Notes: generated by a model not told the origin, from the letters alone. A stretch of DNA of 64,000 bases from Macrostomum lignano (GCA_002269645.1 NIVC01002627.1:1-64000); one strand, 5' to 3'; numbered from the stretch's first letter, positions 36,021 to 53,143 are shown. Numbers and translations are program-made.

Positions 36021-38117
36021 ATTAATTATTATATTAAAGCCAACCATCGGGGCATGGGGAATGGGGGGTTTTAGGGTGGGGAGATTCTTTGTAAGGAAGT
36101 ATTTTATCAACATAAACTTTAAGAAGCCCAATTTTTCTATTCTGAAATTTCTAGAAAAAATCCTAGCCCTAGTGCCTAGCCCTAGCTAAGTCTTAAATAT
36201 TCATACTTCATAAAATAAGCTTATTTACAAGTTGTAAAACCTAGATATGGCTATTACAGGCCTAGCCTAGACTTAGGCCCTATACCCTAGGCCTATCTTA
36301 AAGTTTATAATAGACTAGCTAATAACAATAATATTTTTATTAAGTGAGCATACTATGGGATGGGCATTTGCCAATGCTTCTATTTTAGTAAATTAGTCAT
36401 TGTATTTAAACCTTTGTTTGGTTGGGCATAGTTATATCATTAAATATCATTTTATTCTTATCCTTAGTTAAATAATATTAGTATCAATATAATATTAATA
36501 ACTAGACTAACACATACCTATCTTGGCAGCTAAGGAATATATAATTTTATAGCAAGCATGCACTTTATAATGCCTGGGACCTAGGACTAAGAGGCACTGT
36601 TTTGACTATGACTTTGTTAGGGCCAAGTGCCTTGCTGCCTGATATCCTCCATATAGACTTAAACAAGCCCCTAACTTTTTTCATTATGATTTGGTGCATT
36701 TTACATCCTGGGTGTTTTACTTGTCCCTGTGGTTAATTTCTCTCTAAATTTTAATTGCAATGACCAAATTATAATAGAGGTTTTATTGATTTCACTGATG
36801 TTAAAGGACTCTTTTTGTCAAAATTGTACCATGATCAAGGTTGTAGTAGACTATAATTAACCTTTGAGCATAAGTCTTAAAATAGGTCTAAGTATTAGTC
36901 TAAGTATATAAGTCCAAGTATTAGTCTAATTATTATTAATAACTTTGAAAGGCAAAGGCTAGCTTATCGCACAAAATAGTTTGCTCTGCTGAATTCAGTA
37001 TGCAGAAAGATATTGGAAAAAAGGTGCCCTTCCCAAGCAAAGTGGGAAGCATATTTATGGCAGTATATTTTGGGTAGATACATCCTAAGCTTTGTAGAAG
37101 GAAGGCAGTGGAATGCACATAGACAATGGAGAAATAGACAATAGGGTAAGTCACACACAGATAGACAGACAGAGAGAGATGAAGAACCAGACAGACACAG
37201 TGATTCAGTCAAGGGGAGAAAGTGCATATAGAAAACAGGAAAAGTTCATAATGTCCATGGCTCAAATGCCACAAGTATATTCTTTATTTCTTATTGGTAG
37301 TGTTCTTTTTATATACTAGTAACATTCTTATTCTATACTAATTAACATTTTAGGCCTAAGCAGTATATTATTGTTATTAGTATATGTATTGCATATATAT
37401 GTATATCTCTTATAGTCCTAGGTGTTTTCAAGATTAGAGGGTCATGTCCTTTGGTATTCTATATGTATACTCCAAGATCTACTTTGTTTCCTTCTAAATT
37501 CAGTATTCTACCTTTTTGTAGTAAATACCATACAAATTCTCTCCATTTCACTTTACTAAAAAAATTAACTAAGTCAGATTCTAAGTCTTGTTAGTTTATT
37601 TTTTCTAATGCTTCAGTTTTTTATTAGCAAGTTTTTGAGCTATTGCAAATTATTAAGAAGACTTTGACTACTAATATCAGCATGTAGCATGTAGCATAAA
37701 AGAGAGCCATAGGCCAGCCTAGTGGTCTAGGCTCAATTATAAGTGCAATCATTAATTTGGGGGGTAAATTGGAATCTCAGCTTTGGTCTACTTTTACAAT
37801 TGATATCCTTGAAGACCAAACTTCAGTGCATTATAAAGTAAAAAACAACATTCTTAATGATTAATAATGTTAGGGCCACTGTACATTCCTGTGTGAGTGA
37901 ATGTCTATGCATATGACTGCATACATATCCTTGTGCTTATGTGCCTACTCAGGGGTGTTGGTGGAATAACCAGTAATGCCTCTTGCCAGTTGTGTAAAAA
38001 TGTGAACAAAGCCTTCTCTATCCTTTAATAAGAAATTGATAGCAGAAAAATTAAATACTATAAAATTTCGATTCACTTTTTCAGAATTCCTCAAAGTTCC
38101 CAAAAAAGTAATCAAAG

Positions 38118-41100
38118 ATGTTAATTCTATTCTCTTCTGCCGCCAGTAGCCGCCATTTGGTAGTTGCTAAGCAGGCAGTTATTCTGTTATTAGCCCTAGC
38201 AACTATTGTATGCTTATTACAAGTACCAGTTAGTGTTCATTGCAAACGGCACTCGGTTGCCATAGATACAAAATCAACGCCAGAAAGTGTTGGCAGCGAT
38301 TTTGTTGCCACAGAGGATTGGCAGGTAGTGCAGCCCGGTCAGCGGATTCCACCTGGCCTTCATGTGCGCATGAATATTCAGACTGGGCACACCGAGGCCA
38401 GGCTAATGCCTCCCTCTAATGCCAATGATAATCCGGCTAGCGCATCTAATCTACCAGCCCTGGTTGCTAATGACAACAAGGATCCTAGTACTGGCGATGA
38501 GGATGCTGCTAAAGAAGAGAAAAACAATAATATTGGCGGACTGTCTGGCCAAGCCTTGCGCGAAGCTCTGAGCAGTAGACGAATGAAGGAGGCTTTGAAA
38601 AAGATTAAAGCTGAAAATTTGGCATCTGGTCAGACTGGCGATCAAGATGGAGAGTCCATTGTTCAACAGTTTCGTAGCTATGAAGATTTGAAGGTTAGTT
38701 CGGCTGGTGAATAACTAATGATGTGTTAATAGTTCTTTTTATGCGACTCTCAGCTGAAGTGCCTGAGGGGAATGGGATAGCCAGCTGAAGTGCCTGAGGG
38801 GAATGGGATAGCCAGCTGAAGTGCCTGAGGGGAATGGGATAGCCAGCTGAAGTGCCTGAGGGGAATGGGATAGCCAGCTGAAGTGCCTGAGGGGAATAGG
38901 ATAGCCAGCTGAAGTGCCTGAGGGGAATGGGATAGCCAGCTAAAGTGCCTGAGGGGAATGGGATAGCCAGCTGCAGTGCCTGAGGGGAATGGGATAGCCA
39001 GCTGAAGTGCCTGAGGGGAATGGGATAGCCAGCTAAAGTGCCTGAGGGGAATGGGATAGCCAGCTGCAGTGCCTGAGGGGAATGGGATAGCCAGCTGAAG
39101 TGCCTGAGGGGAATGGGATAGCCAGCTCCCAGCTGCAGTGCCTGAGGGGAATGGGATAGCCAGCTGAAGTGCCTGAGGGGAATGGGATAGCCAGCTCCCA
39201 GCTGAAGTGCCTGAGGAGAATGGGATAGCCAGCTCCCAGCTGCAGTGCCTGAGGGGAATGGGATAGCCAGCTAAAGTGCCTGAGGGGAATGGGATAGCCA
39301 GCTGCAGTGCCTGAGGGGAATAAGATAGCCAGCTGCAGTGCCTGAGGGGAATGGGATAGCCAGCTGAAGTGCCTGAGGGGAATAGGATAGCCAGCTGCAG
39401 TGCCTGAGGGGAATGGGATAGCCAGCTGAAGTGCCTGAGGGGAATGGGATAGCCAGCTAAAGTGCCTGAGGGGAATGGGATAGCCAGCTGCAGTTCCTGA
39501 GGGGAATGGGATAGCCAGCTGAAGTGCCTGAGGGGAATGGGATAGCCAGCTCCCAGCTGCAGTGCCTGAGGGGAATGGGATAGCCAGCTGAAGTGCCTGA
39601 GGGGAATGGGATAGCCAGCTCCCAGCTGAAGTGCCTGAGGGGAATGGGATAGCCAGCTCCCAGCTGCAGTGCCTGAGGGGAATGGGATAGCCAGCTAAAG
39701 TGCCTGAGGGGAATGGGATAGCCAGCTGCAGTGCCTGAGGGGAATAAGATAGCCAGCTGCAGTGCCTGAGGGGAATGGGATAGCCAGCTGAAGTGCCTGA
39801 GGGGAATAGGATAGCCAGCTGCAGTGCCTGAGGGGAATGGGATAGCCAGCTCCCAGCTGAAGTGCCTGAGGAGAATGGGATAGCCAGCTCCCAGCTGAAG
39901 TGCCTGAGGGGAATGGGATAGCCAGCTCCCAGCTGCAGTGCCTGAGGGGAATGGGATAGCCAGCTCCCAGCTGGAGTGCCTGAGGGGAATAAGATAGCCG
40001 GCTGAAGTACCTGAGGGGAATAGGATAGCCAGCTGCAGTGCCTGAAGGGAATGGGATAGCCAGCTCCCAGCTGAAGTGCCTGAGGGGAATGGGATAGCCA
40101 GCTGCAGTGCCTGAAGGGAATAGGATAGCCAGCTGAAGTGCCTGAAGGGAATAGGATAGCCAGCTGAAGTGCCTGAGTACCGTGTAGACACAACAGAAAG
40201 CAAACCCAATGTACTTTTATAACCAATTCTCAGTCTGACTTCGCCAAGATCAACGCTGGCATCAAGACGGACCTGGAGGTGATCAAGGAGCTGCTGGCCG
40301 AATGGCGCAGATCAACGGCAGATCGGGCTAATCGAATTCGAATACTGTCCGAGTTTGAGTATCACCTTCGGCAGATTGATAATGCGCAAAATTTTGTACA
40401 GCTCGGCGGATTAGAATTGCTAATGAGCCAGATTAATGGCACTTTTAGTAACGGATCAGAGTCGGTTGATAATGAATCCGCCGCTGCCGCCCTGCGAGTT
40501 CTGGCCGCTTGTTGCCAAGGCAACGCCCCTGTGCAGGTTGGTGGTGGTATTTCAATGCCTTTCTGATTTTAACTTACTCAGTATATTTTATATTGAATGA
40601 GTTCTATCTGCTCATGAGGTTTTAATTTGATCCTTTGAATTGCATCTGATCATAGGGTTATATTCTGATCATTTAGGGTTACATCTGGTCATTTAGGGTT
40701 ACATCTGGTCATTTAGGGTTACATCTGGTCATTTAGGGTTACATCTGGTCATTTAGGGTTACATCTGGTCATAGGGTTACATCTGGTCATTTAGGGTTAC
40801 ATCTGGTCATAGGGTTACATCTGGTCATTTAGGGTTACATCTGGTCATAGGGTTATAATCTGAGCATTTAGGGTTATAATCTGATCATTTAGGGTTACAT
40901 CTGATCATTTAGGGTTACATCTGGTCATAGGGTTACATCTGGTCATTTAGGGTTACATCTGGTCATCTAGGGTTACATCTGGTCATCTAGGGTTACATCT
41001 GGTCATTTAGGGTTACATCTGGTCATAGGGTTATAATCTGAGCATTTAGGGTTATAATCTGATCATTTAGGGTTATAATCTGATCATTTAGGGTTATAAT

Positions 41101-42812
41101 CTGATCATTTAGGAAGCATTAAGCATAACAGTTTGCAGGCAATTCACTTTTGCTTTCACCAACAACAACAATAACAATAACAATAACAATTGCTCCACAG
41201 GTGGCCGCCATCAAAGCCGGTTTCCTTCCGGTGCTGCTGCGGGCGATGCTGGCTGGCAGCGGTCTGGAGCAGCAGACTCGATCGGCCAGCGTGCTTGCTT
41301 TGGCCAGCCTGTGCAGAAATTTCCCCCTGGCTCAGGTTAGTTGGCTATAATTGCAGTGTTGTCTTTTATATGAGGTTTTAAGGGACTTCTTAGACTTTAA
41401 TACGCTTCTAGTGTAGGCATTGAGCTTTGAAGACCGCTCTTGGTATCTAAGGTGAGATTTTAAGACGCTTCTAATATCTAGGGTGAGATTTTGAGACGCT
41501 GTTAACAGCTGGGGTGAGATTTTGAGGATTCTAAAATCTGGGGTCAAATTTTGCGAATTTTAATTTGTGGGGTGAGAATTTGAGGATTCGAATATCTGGG
41601 GTGAGATTTTGAGGATTCTAATATCTAGGATGAGATTTTAAGAATTCTAATATCTGGACAGAGATTTTGAGGATTCTAATATCTCGGCTGAGATTTTGAG
41701 AAGTCTCTAATGTGTGGGGTGAGATTTTTAGGAGTCTAACTAATATCTGGGTTGAGATTTTTAGGAGTCTAACTAATATCTGGGTTGAGATTTTTAAGAG
41801 TCTAATATCTGGGGTGAGATTTTAAGGATTCTAATATTTGGGATGAAATTTTGAGGATTTTAATATCAGGGGTGAGATTTTGAGGATTCTAATGTCTGGG
41901 GTGAGATTTTGAGGATTCTAATATTTGGGATGAAATTTTGAGGATTTTAATATCAGGGGTGAGATTTTGAGGATTCTAATATCTGGAGTAAGATTTTGAG
42001 CAGTCTAAAATCTGGAGAGATATTGACAATTCTAACATCTAGGGTGAAATTTTGTGGAATCGAATATCTGCGGTGAGATTTTAAGTATTCTAATATCTAG
42101 AGTGAGATTTTGAGGATTCTAATATCTGGGGTGAGATTTTCAGAGGGTCCAATATCTGGGGTGAGATTGTGAGGATTCTTATATGCTGGGTGAGATTTTA
42201 AGGACTCTAACGGTGGATTCTGGAAATATAAAAGCTCGAGATTTACAAAGCCGCTCTCGCTGTCGCACCCTCTGCTCCCAGACTGTCTTGCTCAAGTCTG
42301 GCGGCCTGGCCGCGCTCCGTTCGGCCTTCGATTCCCGGGACACCGACCGAGCCCGCGTGCTGCGGATCGTCACCCTGCTGTCGGACATGGCGCTGGAGGC
42401 CGCCGAGGCGGAGGCTCACGCGGCATCCGCAGGCGGCGCCAGCTCCGCGGCTGCCTCCGAGCGGCATCGTCAGTATCAACAAGTCTCGGTTGCTAAGGCC
42501 ATAGCTGAGACTGGCTGGTGCAGCTCCATAACACGCCTGTTAAACTTTCAAGATCACGACGCTGTTGAGAAAACTGTAACTGCCATGTCGAATCTATTTG
42601 ATGTGTGCGGTCGCGAGTTCGCGTCTAACGACGGTGCTCAATCGACAATTGCGGCGTTGGATGAATTGGTCGGCCGGTACGAGCGGCTGGCTAAGGAGGA
42701 GCTGGAAGAAGAGGGAGCTGCCGGCTACTTTGAGCAGATGCGGCAGCGGGTGGGGCTGCTCAAACAGCGCTTGGCTGAGGCTGGGGGCGCATCGGTCAGA
42801 TCTGAGCTCTGA
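38118..42812 (+). CDS. SIL1: SIL1 nucleotide exchange factor for BiP; exons 38118-38693, 40234-40536, 41201-41335, 42282-42812
   Basis: N-terminal hydrophobic signal. FVATEDWQVVQPGQRIPPGLHVRMNIQTGHTEARL, FRSYEDLK, EFEYHLRQIDNAQNFVQLGGL, CQGNAPVQ and LCRNFPLAQ are present, and the C-terminus is the KDEL-like RSEL. All junctions are phase 0. Confidence 0.95.
38755..40175. repeat. 31-bp (and 38-bp variant) array in SIL1 intron 1
   Basis: CAGCTGAAGTGCCTGAGGGGAATGGGATAGC. Confidence 0.95.
40650..41112. repeat. 20-bp array containing TTAGGG in SIL1 intron 2
   Basis: ATTTAGGGTTACATCTGGTC. Confidence 0.93.
41430..42230. repeat. Degenerate 29-bp array in SIL1 intron 3
   Basis: GGGGTGAGATTTTGAGGATTCTAATATCT. 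Confidence 0.9.
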
Positions 42813-43371
42813 TGCTGGGCTATGAGTCAGCGCGATCTGTTGCTACTCCCATAATATGGTTTATAATGTCTGCTGCAGGGTTTTGGTTTTGGGTTGGGTC
42901 AGAAAGTGGAAGTTTTGAGGTAGTGAAGTTTAGAACATACTCCTTTTGTTCTTGTAGACCTGTACTTTCCGCTAACTTTATCAGCTTCCAAAAATGAAAA
43001 AAATTGGCAATATGAAGTTTTATTCTACACTGTTCTACAAAGAATTTCTGCAAAATAATATGCTGCGCTGTGGTTGGACTTTTTTGATAAAGTCGGTCAT
43101 TTTTTAGTTTGCTTTTCTATTACTTTAAGTAGGTTTGTTTGTTGTTTTTCTGAAAAGTATGGTGTTATGAAAAAATTAAAAGCCTTTATTATTTTCTATT
43201 CAGTTTTGTCTTCTGCTTTTAATCATTTACTTATCCAGTTGTCAAGCCAAAGTACATTAATGAAGTGCATAAATTGAATGCAGGCCAGTTCAGGCTTGAA
43301 GCTCCAAAGGCTTTTTGGCTTGATGTTTTACTGTTTTTTCTCGCTATCAGGAAATTATCGCCATTGATCTC

Positions 43372-46300
43372 AGAATTAGCCTCATATTGTTGATCTGTCA
43401 GAATCAGCCTCATATATTTCACCTGTCAGAATTAGCCTCATATTTTTCACCTGTCAGAATTATCCTCATATTTTTCACCTGTCAGAATTAGCCACATATT
43501 TTTCACCTGTCAGAATTAGCCTCATATTGTTGATCTGTCAGAATTAGCCTAATATTGTTGACCTGTCAGAATTAGCCTAATATTGTTGATCTGTCAGAAT
43601 TGGCCTCATATTGTTGATCTGTCAGAATTAGCCTCATATTATTCACCTGTCAGAATTACCCTCATATTGTTCACCTGTCAGAATTAGCCTCATATTGTTG
43701 ACCTGTCAGATTTAGCCTCATATTGTTGACCTGTCAGAATTAGCCTCATATTGTTGACCTGTCAGAATCAGCCTCATATTGTTGACCTGTCAGAATTAGC
43801 CTCATATTGTTGACCTGTCAGAATTAGCCTCATATTATTCACCTGTCAGAATTAGCCTCATGTTGACCTGTCAGAATTAGCCTCATATTGTTGATCTGTC
43901 AGAATTAGCCTCATATTGTTGACCTGTCAGAATTAGCTTAATATTGTTGATCTGTCAGAATTAGCCTCATATTGTTGATCTGTCAGAATTAGCCTCATAT
44001 TGTTGACCTGTCAGAATTAGCTTCATATTGTTGACCTGTCAGAATTAGCTTCATATTGTTGATCTGTCAGAATTAGCCTCATATTGTTGATCTGTCAGAA
44101 TTAGCCTCGTATTATTCACCTGTCAGAATTAGCCTCATATTGTTGACCTGTCAGAATTAGCCTCATATTGTTGATCTGTCAGAATTAGCCTCATATTGTT
44201 GACCTGTCAGAATTAGCCTCATATTATTCACCTGTCAGAATTAGCCTCATATTATTCACCTGTCAGAATTAGCCTCATGTTGACCTGTCAGAATTAGCCT
44301 CATATTATTCACCTGTCAGAATTAGCCTCATATTATTGACCTGTCAGAATTAGCCTCATATTGTTGATCTGTCAGAATTAGCCTCATATTGTTGATCTGT
44401 CAGAATTAGCCTAATATTGTTGACCTGTCAGAATTAGCCTAATATTGTTGATCTGTCAGAATTGGCCTCATATTGTTGATCTGTCAGAATTAGCCTCATA
44501 TTATTCACCTGTCAGAATTAGCCTCATATTGTTCACCTGTCAGAATTAGCCTCATGTTGATATGTCACAATTAGCCTCATATTGTTGACCTGTCAGATTT
44601 AGCCTCATATTGTTGACCTGTCAGAATTAGCCTCATATTGTTGACCTGTCAGAATTAGCTTCATATTGTTGATCTGTCAGAATTAGCCTCATATTGTTGA
44701 TCTGTCAGAATTAGCCTCATATTGTTGACCTGTCAGAATTAGCTTCATATTGTTGACCTGTCAGAATTAGCTTCATATTGTTGATCTGTCAGAATTAGCC
44801 TCATATTGTTGATCTGTCAGAATTAGCCTCGTATTATTCACCTGTCAGAATTAGCCTCATATTGTTGACCTGTCAGAATTAGCCTCATATTGTTGATCTG
44901 TCAGAATTAGCCTCATATTGTTGACCTGTCAGAATTAGCCTCATATTATTCACCTGTCAGAATTAGCCTCATATTGTTGATCTGTCAGAATTAGCCTCAT
45001 ATTATTCACCTGTCAGAATTAGCCTCATATTATTCACCTGTCAGAATTAGCCTCATATTATTGACCTGTCAGAATTAGCCTCATATTGTTGATCTGTCAG
45101 AATTAGCCTCATATTGTTGATCTGTCAGAATTAGCCTCGTATTATTCACCTGTCAGAATTAGCCTCATATTGTTGACCTGTCAGAATTAGCTTCATATTG
45201 TTGACCTGTCAGAATTAGCTTCATATTGTTGATCTGTCAGAATTAGCCTCATATTGTTGATCTGTCAGAATTAGCCTCGTATTATTGATCTGTCAGAATT
45301 AGCCTCATATTATTCACCTGTCAGAATTAGCCTCATATTATTCACCTGTCAGAATTAGCCTCATATTGTTGATCTGTCAGAATTAGCCTCATGTTGACCT
45401 GTCAGAATTAGCCTCATATTGTTGACCTGTCAGAATTAGCCTCATATTGACCTGTCAGAATTAGCCTCATATTGTTGATCTGTCAGAATTAGCCTCATAT
45501 TGTTGACCTGTCAGAATTAGCTTCATATTGTTGATCTGTCAGAATTAGCCTCATATTGTTGATCTGTCAGAATTAGCCTCATATTGTTGACCTGTCAGAA
45601 TTAGCTTCATATTGTTGACCTGTCAGAATTAGCTTCATATTGTTGATCTGTCAGAATTAGCCTCATATTGTTGATCTGTCAGAATTAGCCTCGTATTATT
45701 GATCTGTCAGAATTAGCCTCATATTATTCACCTGTCAGAATTAGCCTCATATTATTCACCTGTCAGAATTAGCCTCATATTGTTGATCTGTCAGAATTAG
45801 CCTCATGTTGACCTGTCAGAATTAGCCTCATATTGTTGACCTGTCAGAATTAGCCTCATGTTGACCTGTCAGAATTAGCCTCATATTGTTGATCTGTCAG
45901 AATTAGCCTCATATTGTTGACCTGTCAGAATTAGCTTCATATTGTTGATCTGTCAGAATTAGCCTCATATTGTTGATCTGTCAGAATTAGCCTCATATTG
46001 TTGACCTGTCAGAATTAGCTTCATATTGTTGACCTGTCAGAATTAGCTTCATATTGTTGATCTGTCAGAATTAGCCTCATATTGTTGATCTGTCAGAATT
46101 AGCCTCGTATTATTCACCTGTCAGAATTAGCCTCATATTGTTGACCTGTCAGAATTAGCCTCATATTGTTGATCTGTCAGAATTAGCCTCATATTATTCA
46201 CCTGTCAGAATTAGCCTCATATTATTCACCTGTCAGAATTAGCCTCATATTATTGACCTGTCAGAATTAGCCTCATATTGTTGATCTGTCAGAATTAGCC

Positions 46301-47142
46301 TCATATTGTTGATCTGTCAGAATTAGCCTCATATTGTTGATCTGTCAGAATTAGCCTCGTATTATTCACCTGTCAGAATTAGCCTCATATTGTTGACCTG
46401 TCAGAATTAGCTTCATATTGTTGACCTGTCAGAATTAGCCTCATATTGTTGACCTGTCATAATTAGCCTCATATTGTTGATCTGTCAGAATTAGCCTCAT
46501 ATTGTTGACCTGTCAGAATTAGCCTCATATTGTTGATCTGTCAGAATTAGCCTCATATTATTCACCTGTCAGAATTAGCCTCATATTATTCACCTGTCAG
46601 AATTAGCCTCATGTTGACCTGTCAGAATTAGCCTCATGTTGACCTGTCAGAATTAGCCTCATGTTGACCTTTCAGAATTAGCCTCATATTATTGATCTGT
46701 CAGAATTAGCCTCATATTATTCACCTGTCAGAATTAGCCTCATATTATTCACCTGTCAGAATTAGCCTCATATTGTTGATCTGTCAGAATTAGCCTCATG
46801 TTGACCTGTCAGAATTAGCCTCATATTGTTGACCTGTCAGAATTAGCCTCATATTGTTGACCTGTCAGAATTAGCCTCATATTGTTGACCTGTCAGAATT
46901 AGCCTCATATTGTTGATCTGTCAGAATTGGCCTCATATTGTTGACCTGTCAGAATTAGCCTCATATTATTCACCTGTCAGAATTAGCCTCATATTGTTGA
47001 TCTGTCAGAATTAGCCTCATATTATTCACCTGTCAGAATTAGCCTCATATTATTCACCTGTCAGAATTAGCCTCATATTGTTGATCTGTCAGAATTAGCC
47101 TCATATTATTCACCTGTCAGAATTAGCCTCGTGTTGTTGACC
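43372..47142. repeat. 28-bp array, ~3.75 kb (~135 units), upstream of LIX1
   Basis: CTGTCAGAATTAGCCTCATATTGTTGAC with recurring variants. Confidence 0.97.
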
Positions 47143-47230
47143 TTTTGATCGATTCATACCTAAGCAATGCTGCATATTTTTCATCCATGCTCAACTCTTG
47201 AAGTGCCGCCCCATCAACTGACTCTATCCA

Positions 47231-50141
<2,911 letters not shown>

Positions 50142-50224
50142 CTGCTGAAATTGGCGATGCCGTCACGGCTTGACTGGCTTGTTGGGCTTCAATTGTGGTG
50201 TCTAGTTAATCTATTCTTGCCTAA

Positions 50225-50930
50225 CTTGGCGCCTCACTGCCTCTTGGCGTCTCACTGCCCCCCTTGGCATCTCATTTCATCCTTCGGCGCCTCATTGCCC
50301 CCTTGGCGCCTCATTTCATCCTTCGGCGCCTCATTGCCCCCCTGGCGCCTCATTTCATCCTTCGGCGCCTCATTGCCCCCTGGCGCCTCATTTCATCCTT
50401 CGGCGCCTCATTGCCCCCCCCCTTGGCGTCTCACTGCCTCCCTTGGCGCCTCATTGGCCCCCCTTGGCGTCTCACTGCCTCCCTTGGCGCCTCATTGGCC
50501 TCCCTTGGCGCCTCATTGCCCCCCTGGCGCCTCATTTCATCCTTCGGCGCCTCATTGCCCCCCTGGCGCCTCATTTCATCCTTCGGCGCCTCATTGCCCC
50601 CCCTTGGCGTCTCACTGCCTCCCTTGGCGCCTCATTGCCCCCCTTGGCGTCTCATTTCATCCTTCGGCGCCTCATTGGCCCCCCTTGGCGTCTCTTTTCA
50701 TCCTTCGGCGCCTCATTGCCCCCCTGGCGCCTCATTTCATCCTTCGGCGCCTCATTGCCCCCCCTTGGCACAACACTGCCTCTTAGCGTCTCACTGCCCC
50801 CCTTGTTGCCTCATTGCCTCACTTGACGCCTCACTTCATCATTTGGCGCCTCACTGGCCCCCTTGGCGCCTCATTTCATCCCTTGGCGCATTACTGCCTC
50901 CTTTGACGCCTCATTTTGTCTTTTGGCGCG
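50225..50930. repeat. Compound GGCGCC-core array downstream of LIX1
   Basis: TTGGCGCCTCATT.. and TCGGCGCCTCATTGCCCC.. Confidence 0.9.
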
Positions 50931-51494
50931 TCAATGCCCAACAGAGGCCACAATTTTATGTGTATTAAGGAAATGTATATCAAAATTAATTTGTTGTCAT
51001 ATCTGTTATCAGCTACTGTACAAAAGTTTCCTGTCAGTAGTATATTGTTACACACCGTATGCTATCTTGTTCATTCATTCTCTATTCATCTTTGTGCAAT
51101 TACGTACTCGTATAATAAATATACGTCTTCAGTATACATGTATAAATATAAATACATTTATGACTCTGGTGACTGTTGCAAAGATTCTTTTGTTATTTCG
51201 CACTGTTTTTATTGTTTTGTTTCTTATTTAAAATTTTAAATTCTCACCCAGGTATTTTATATTCCATGTATATTTACTGGATATATGCAAATTTTTAACC
51301 TGTTGTACTTTTATCCTATTATGTAGATTTTTCTTTGTTTTCCTAATTGTTTTTTTTAATAATTTCTCTTTACAATATTTCATTTGAAGTTTAAATAAAT
51401 TGTTTTGAAGTTCTTTTAAAAGGCTTCTTATGCGTTTAATTTCAACTTGACGTGTCTGCACTTTATTACATTAGTGCAATATAGTTTATAATTA

Positions 51495-52615
51495 ATGTTG
51501 AGGTGCACAAAGGTAGATATCTAACTGATATTGGGGTGTACACAGGTAGATATCTAATCAATATTGGAGTGTGCACAAGTAGAAATCTAATCGATACTGG
51601 GGTGTACACAGGTAGATATCTAATTGATATTGGGGTGTACACAGGTAGATATCTAATCGATATTGGGTGTACACAGATAGATATCTAATCGATGTTGGGG
51701 TGTACACAGGTAGATGATATCTAATCGATATTGGAGTGTGCACAAGTAGAAATCTAATCGATACTGGGGTGTACACAGGTAGATATCTAATTGATATTGG
51801 GGTGTACACAGGTAGATATCTAATCGATATTGGGGTGTACACAGGTAGATGATATCTAATCGATATTGGAGTGTGCACAAGTAGATATCTAATTGATACT
51901 GGGGTGTACACAGGTAGATATCTAATTGATATTGAGGTGTACACAGGTAGATATCTAATCGATATTGGGTGTACACAGGTAGATATCTAATCGATATTGG
52001 GGTGTACACAGGTAGATATCTAATCGATGTTGGGGTGTACACAGGTAGATGATATCTAATCGATATTGGAGTGTGCACAAGTAGATATCTAATCGATACT
52101 GGGGTGTACACAGGTAGATATCTAATTGATATTGGGTGTACACAGGTAGATATCTAATCGATATTGGGGTGTACACAGGTAGATATCTAATCGATGTTGG
52201 GGTGTACACAGGTAGATGATATCTAATCGATATTGGAGTGTGCACAAGTAGATATCTAATCGATACTGGGGTGTACACAGGTAGATATCTAATTGATATT
52301 GGGGTGTACACAGGTAGATATCTAATCGATATTGGGTGTACACAGGTAGATATCTAATCGATATTGGGGTGTACACAGGTAGATATCTAATCGATGTTGG
52401 GGTGTACACAGGTAGATGATATCTAATCGATACTGGGGTGTACACAGGTAGATATCTATTTGATATTGGGGTGTACACAGGTAGATATCTAATCGATGTT
52501 GGGGTGTACACAGTTAGATATCTATTTGATATTGGGGTGTACACAAGTAGATATTTAATCGATATTGGGGTGTACACAGGTAGATATCTAATCGATATTG
52601 GGGTGTACACAGGTA
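51495..52615. repeat. ~33-bp array upstream of SRP19
   Basis: GGGGTGTACACAGGTAGATATCTAATCGATATT. Confidence 0.94.
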
Positions 52616-52669
52616 CACAGTCGCAGGTTAAGCATGTAATTAATCTCCCAAATCCCATAATTCTGCTGC

Positions 52670-53143
52670 ATGGCTCGCCCATTCAACCCGGATTTATCCC
52701 ACGCTGACCGGGAGAAGTGGATCTGCTTCTACCCCTGCTACATCAACAGGGCGTGGTCGCGAGCTCGCGGCCGCAAAGTGTCCTACAGCCTGGCTGTCGA
52801 CAATCCTCGCGCTGAGGAAATTCGTGACGTCTGCGCCGCCGCCGGCATGACCCTGGGCGTTGAGAACAAAATCCACCCTAGAGAGCGCGACATCTACGAC
52901 AAGAATCTGCGCGGCCGGGTTCGAATCCAGCTGAAAAATGAGGACGGCTCGTTGCGGCATCCGGACAATTTTCCTAATCGAATGGCCGTGTTTAACTACG
53001 TGGCCGCTCAGATACCGAAATTGAAGACTCGCCAGGGTGCTTCCGGCGGCGGTGGCGGCGCTTCCGGTGGAGGTGGAGGTGCTTCCGGCGGAGGCGGTGG
53101 CGGCCAATCATCCCAGGAGAAGAAGCAAAAAAAGAAGCGATGA
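52670..53143 (+). CDS. SRP19: Signal recognition particle 19 kDa protein, intronless CDS
   Basis: KWICFYPCYIN..SRARGRKV..AVDNPRAEEIRDVC..ENKIHPRE..RGRVRIQLKNEDG, plus a Gly-rich linker and a KKQKKKR tail. Confidence 0.95.
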   Translation: MARPFNPDLSHADREKWICFYPCYINRAWSRARGRKVSYSLAVDNPRAEEIRDVCAAAGMTLGVENKIHPRERDIYDKNLRGRVRIQLKNEDGSLRHPDNFPNRMAVFNYVAAQIPKLKTRQGASGGGGGASGGGGGASGGGGGGQSSQEKKQKKKR

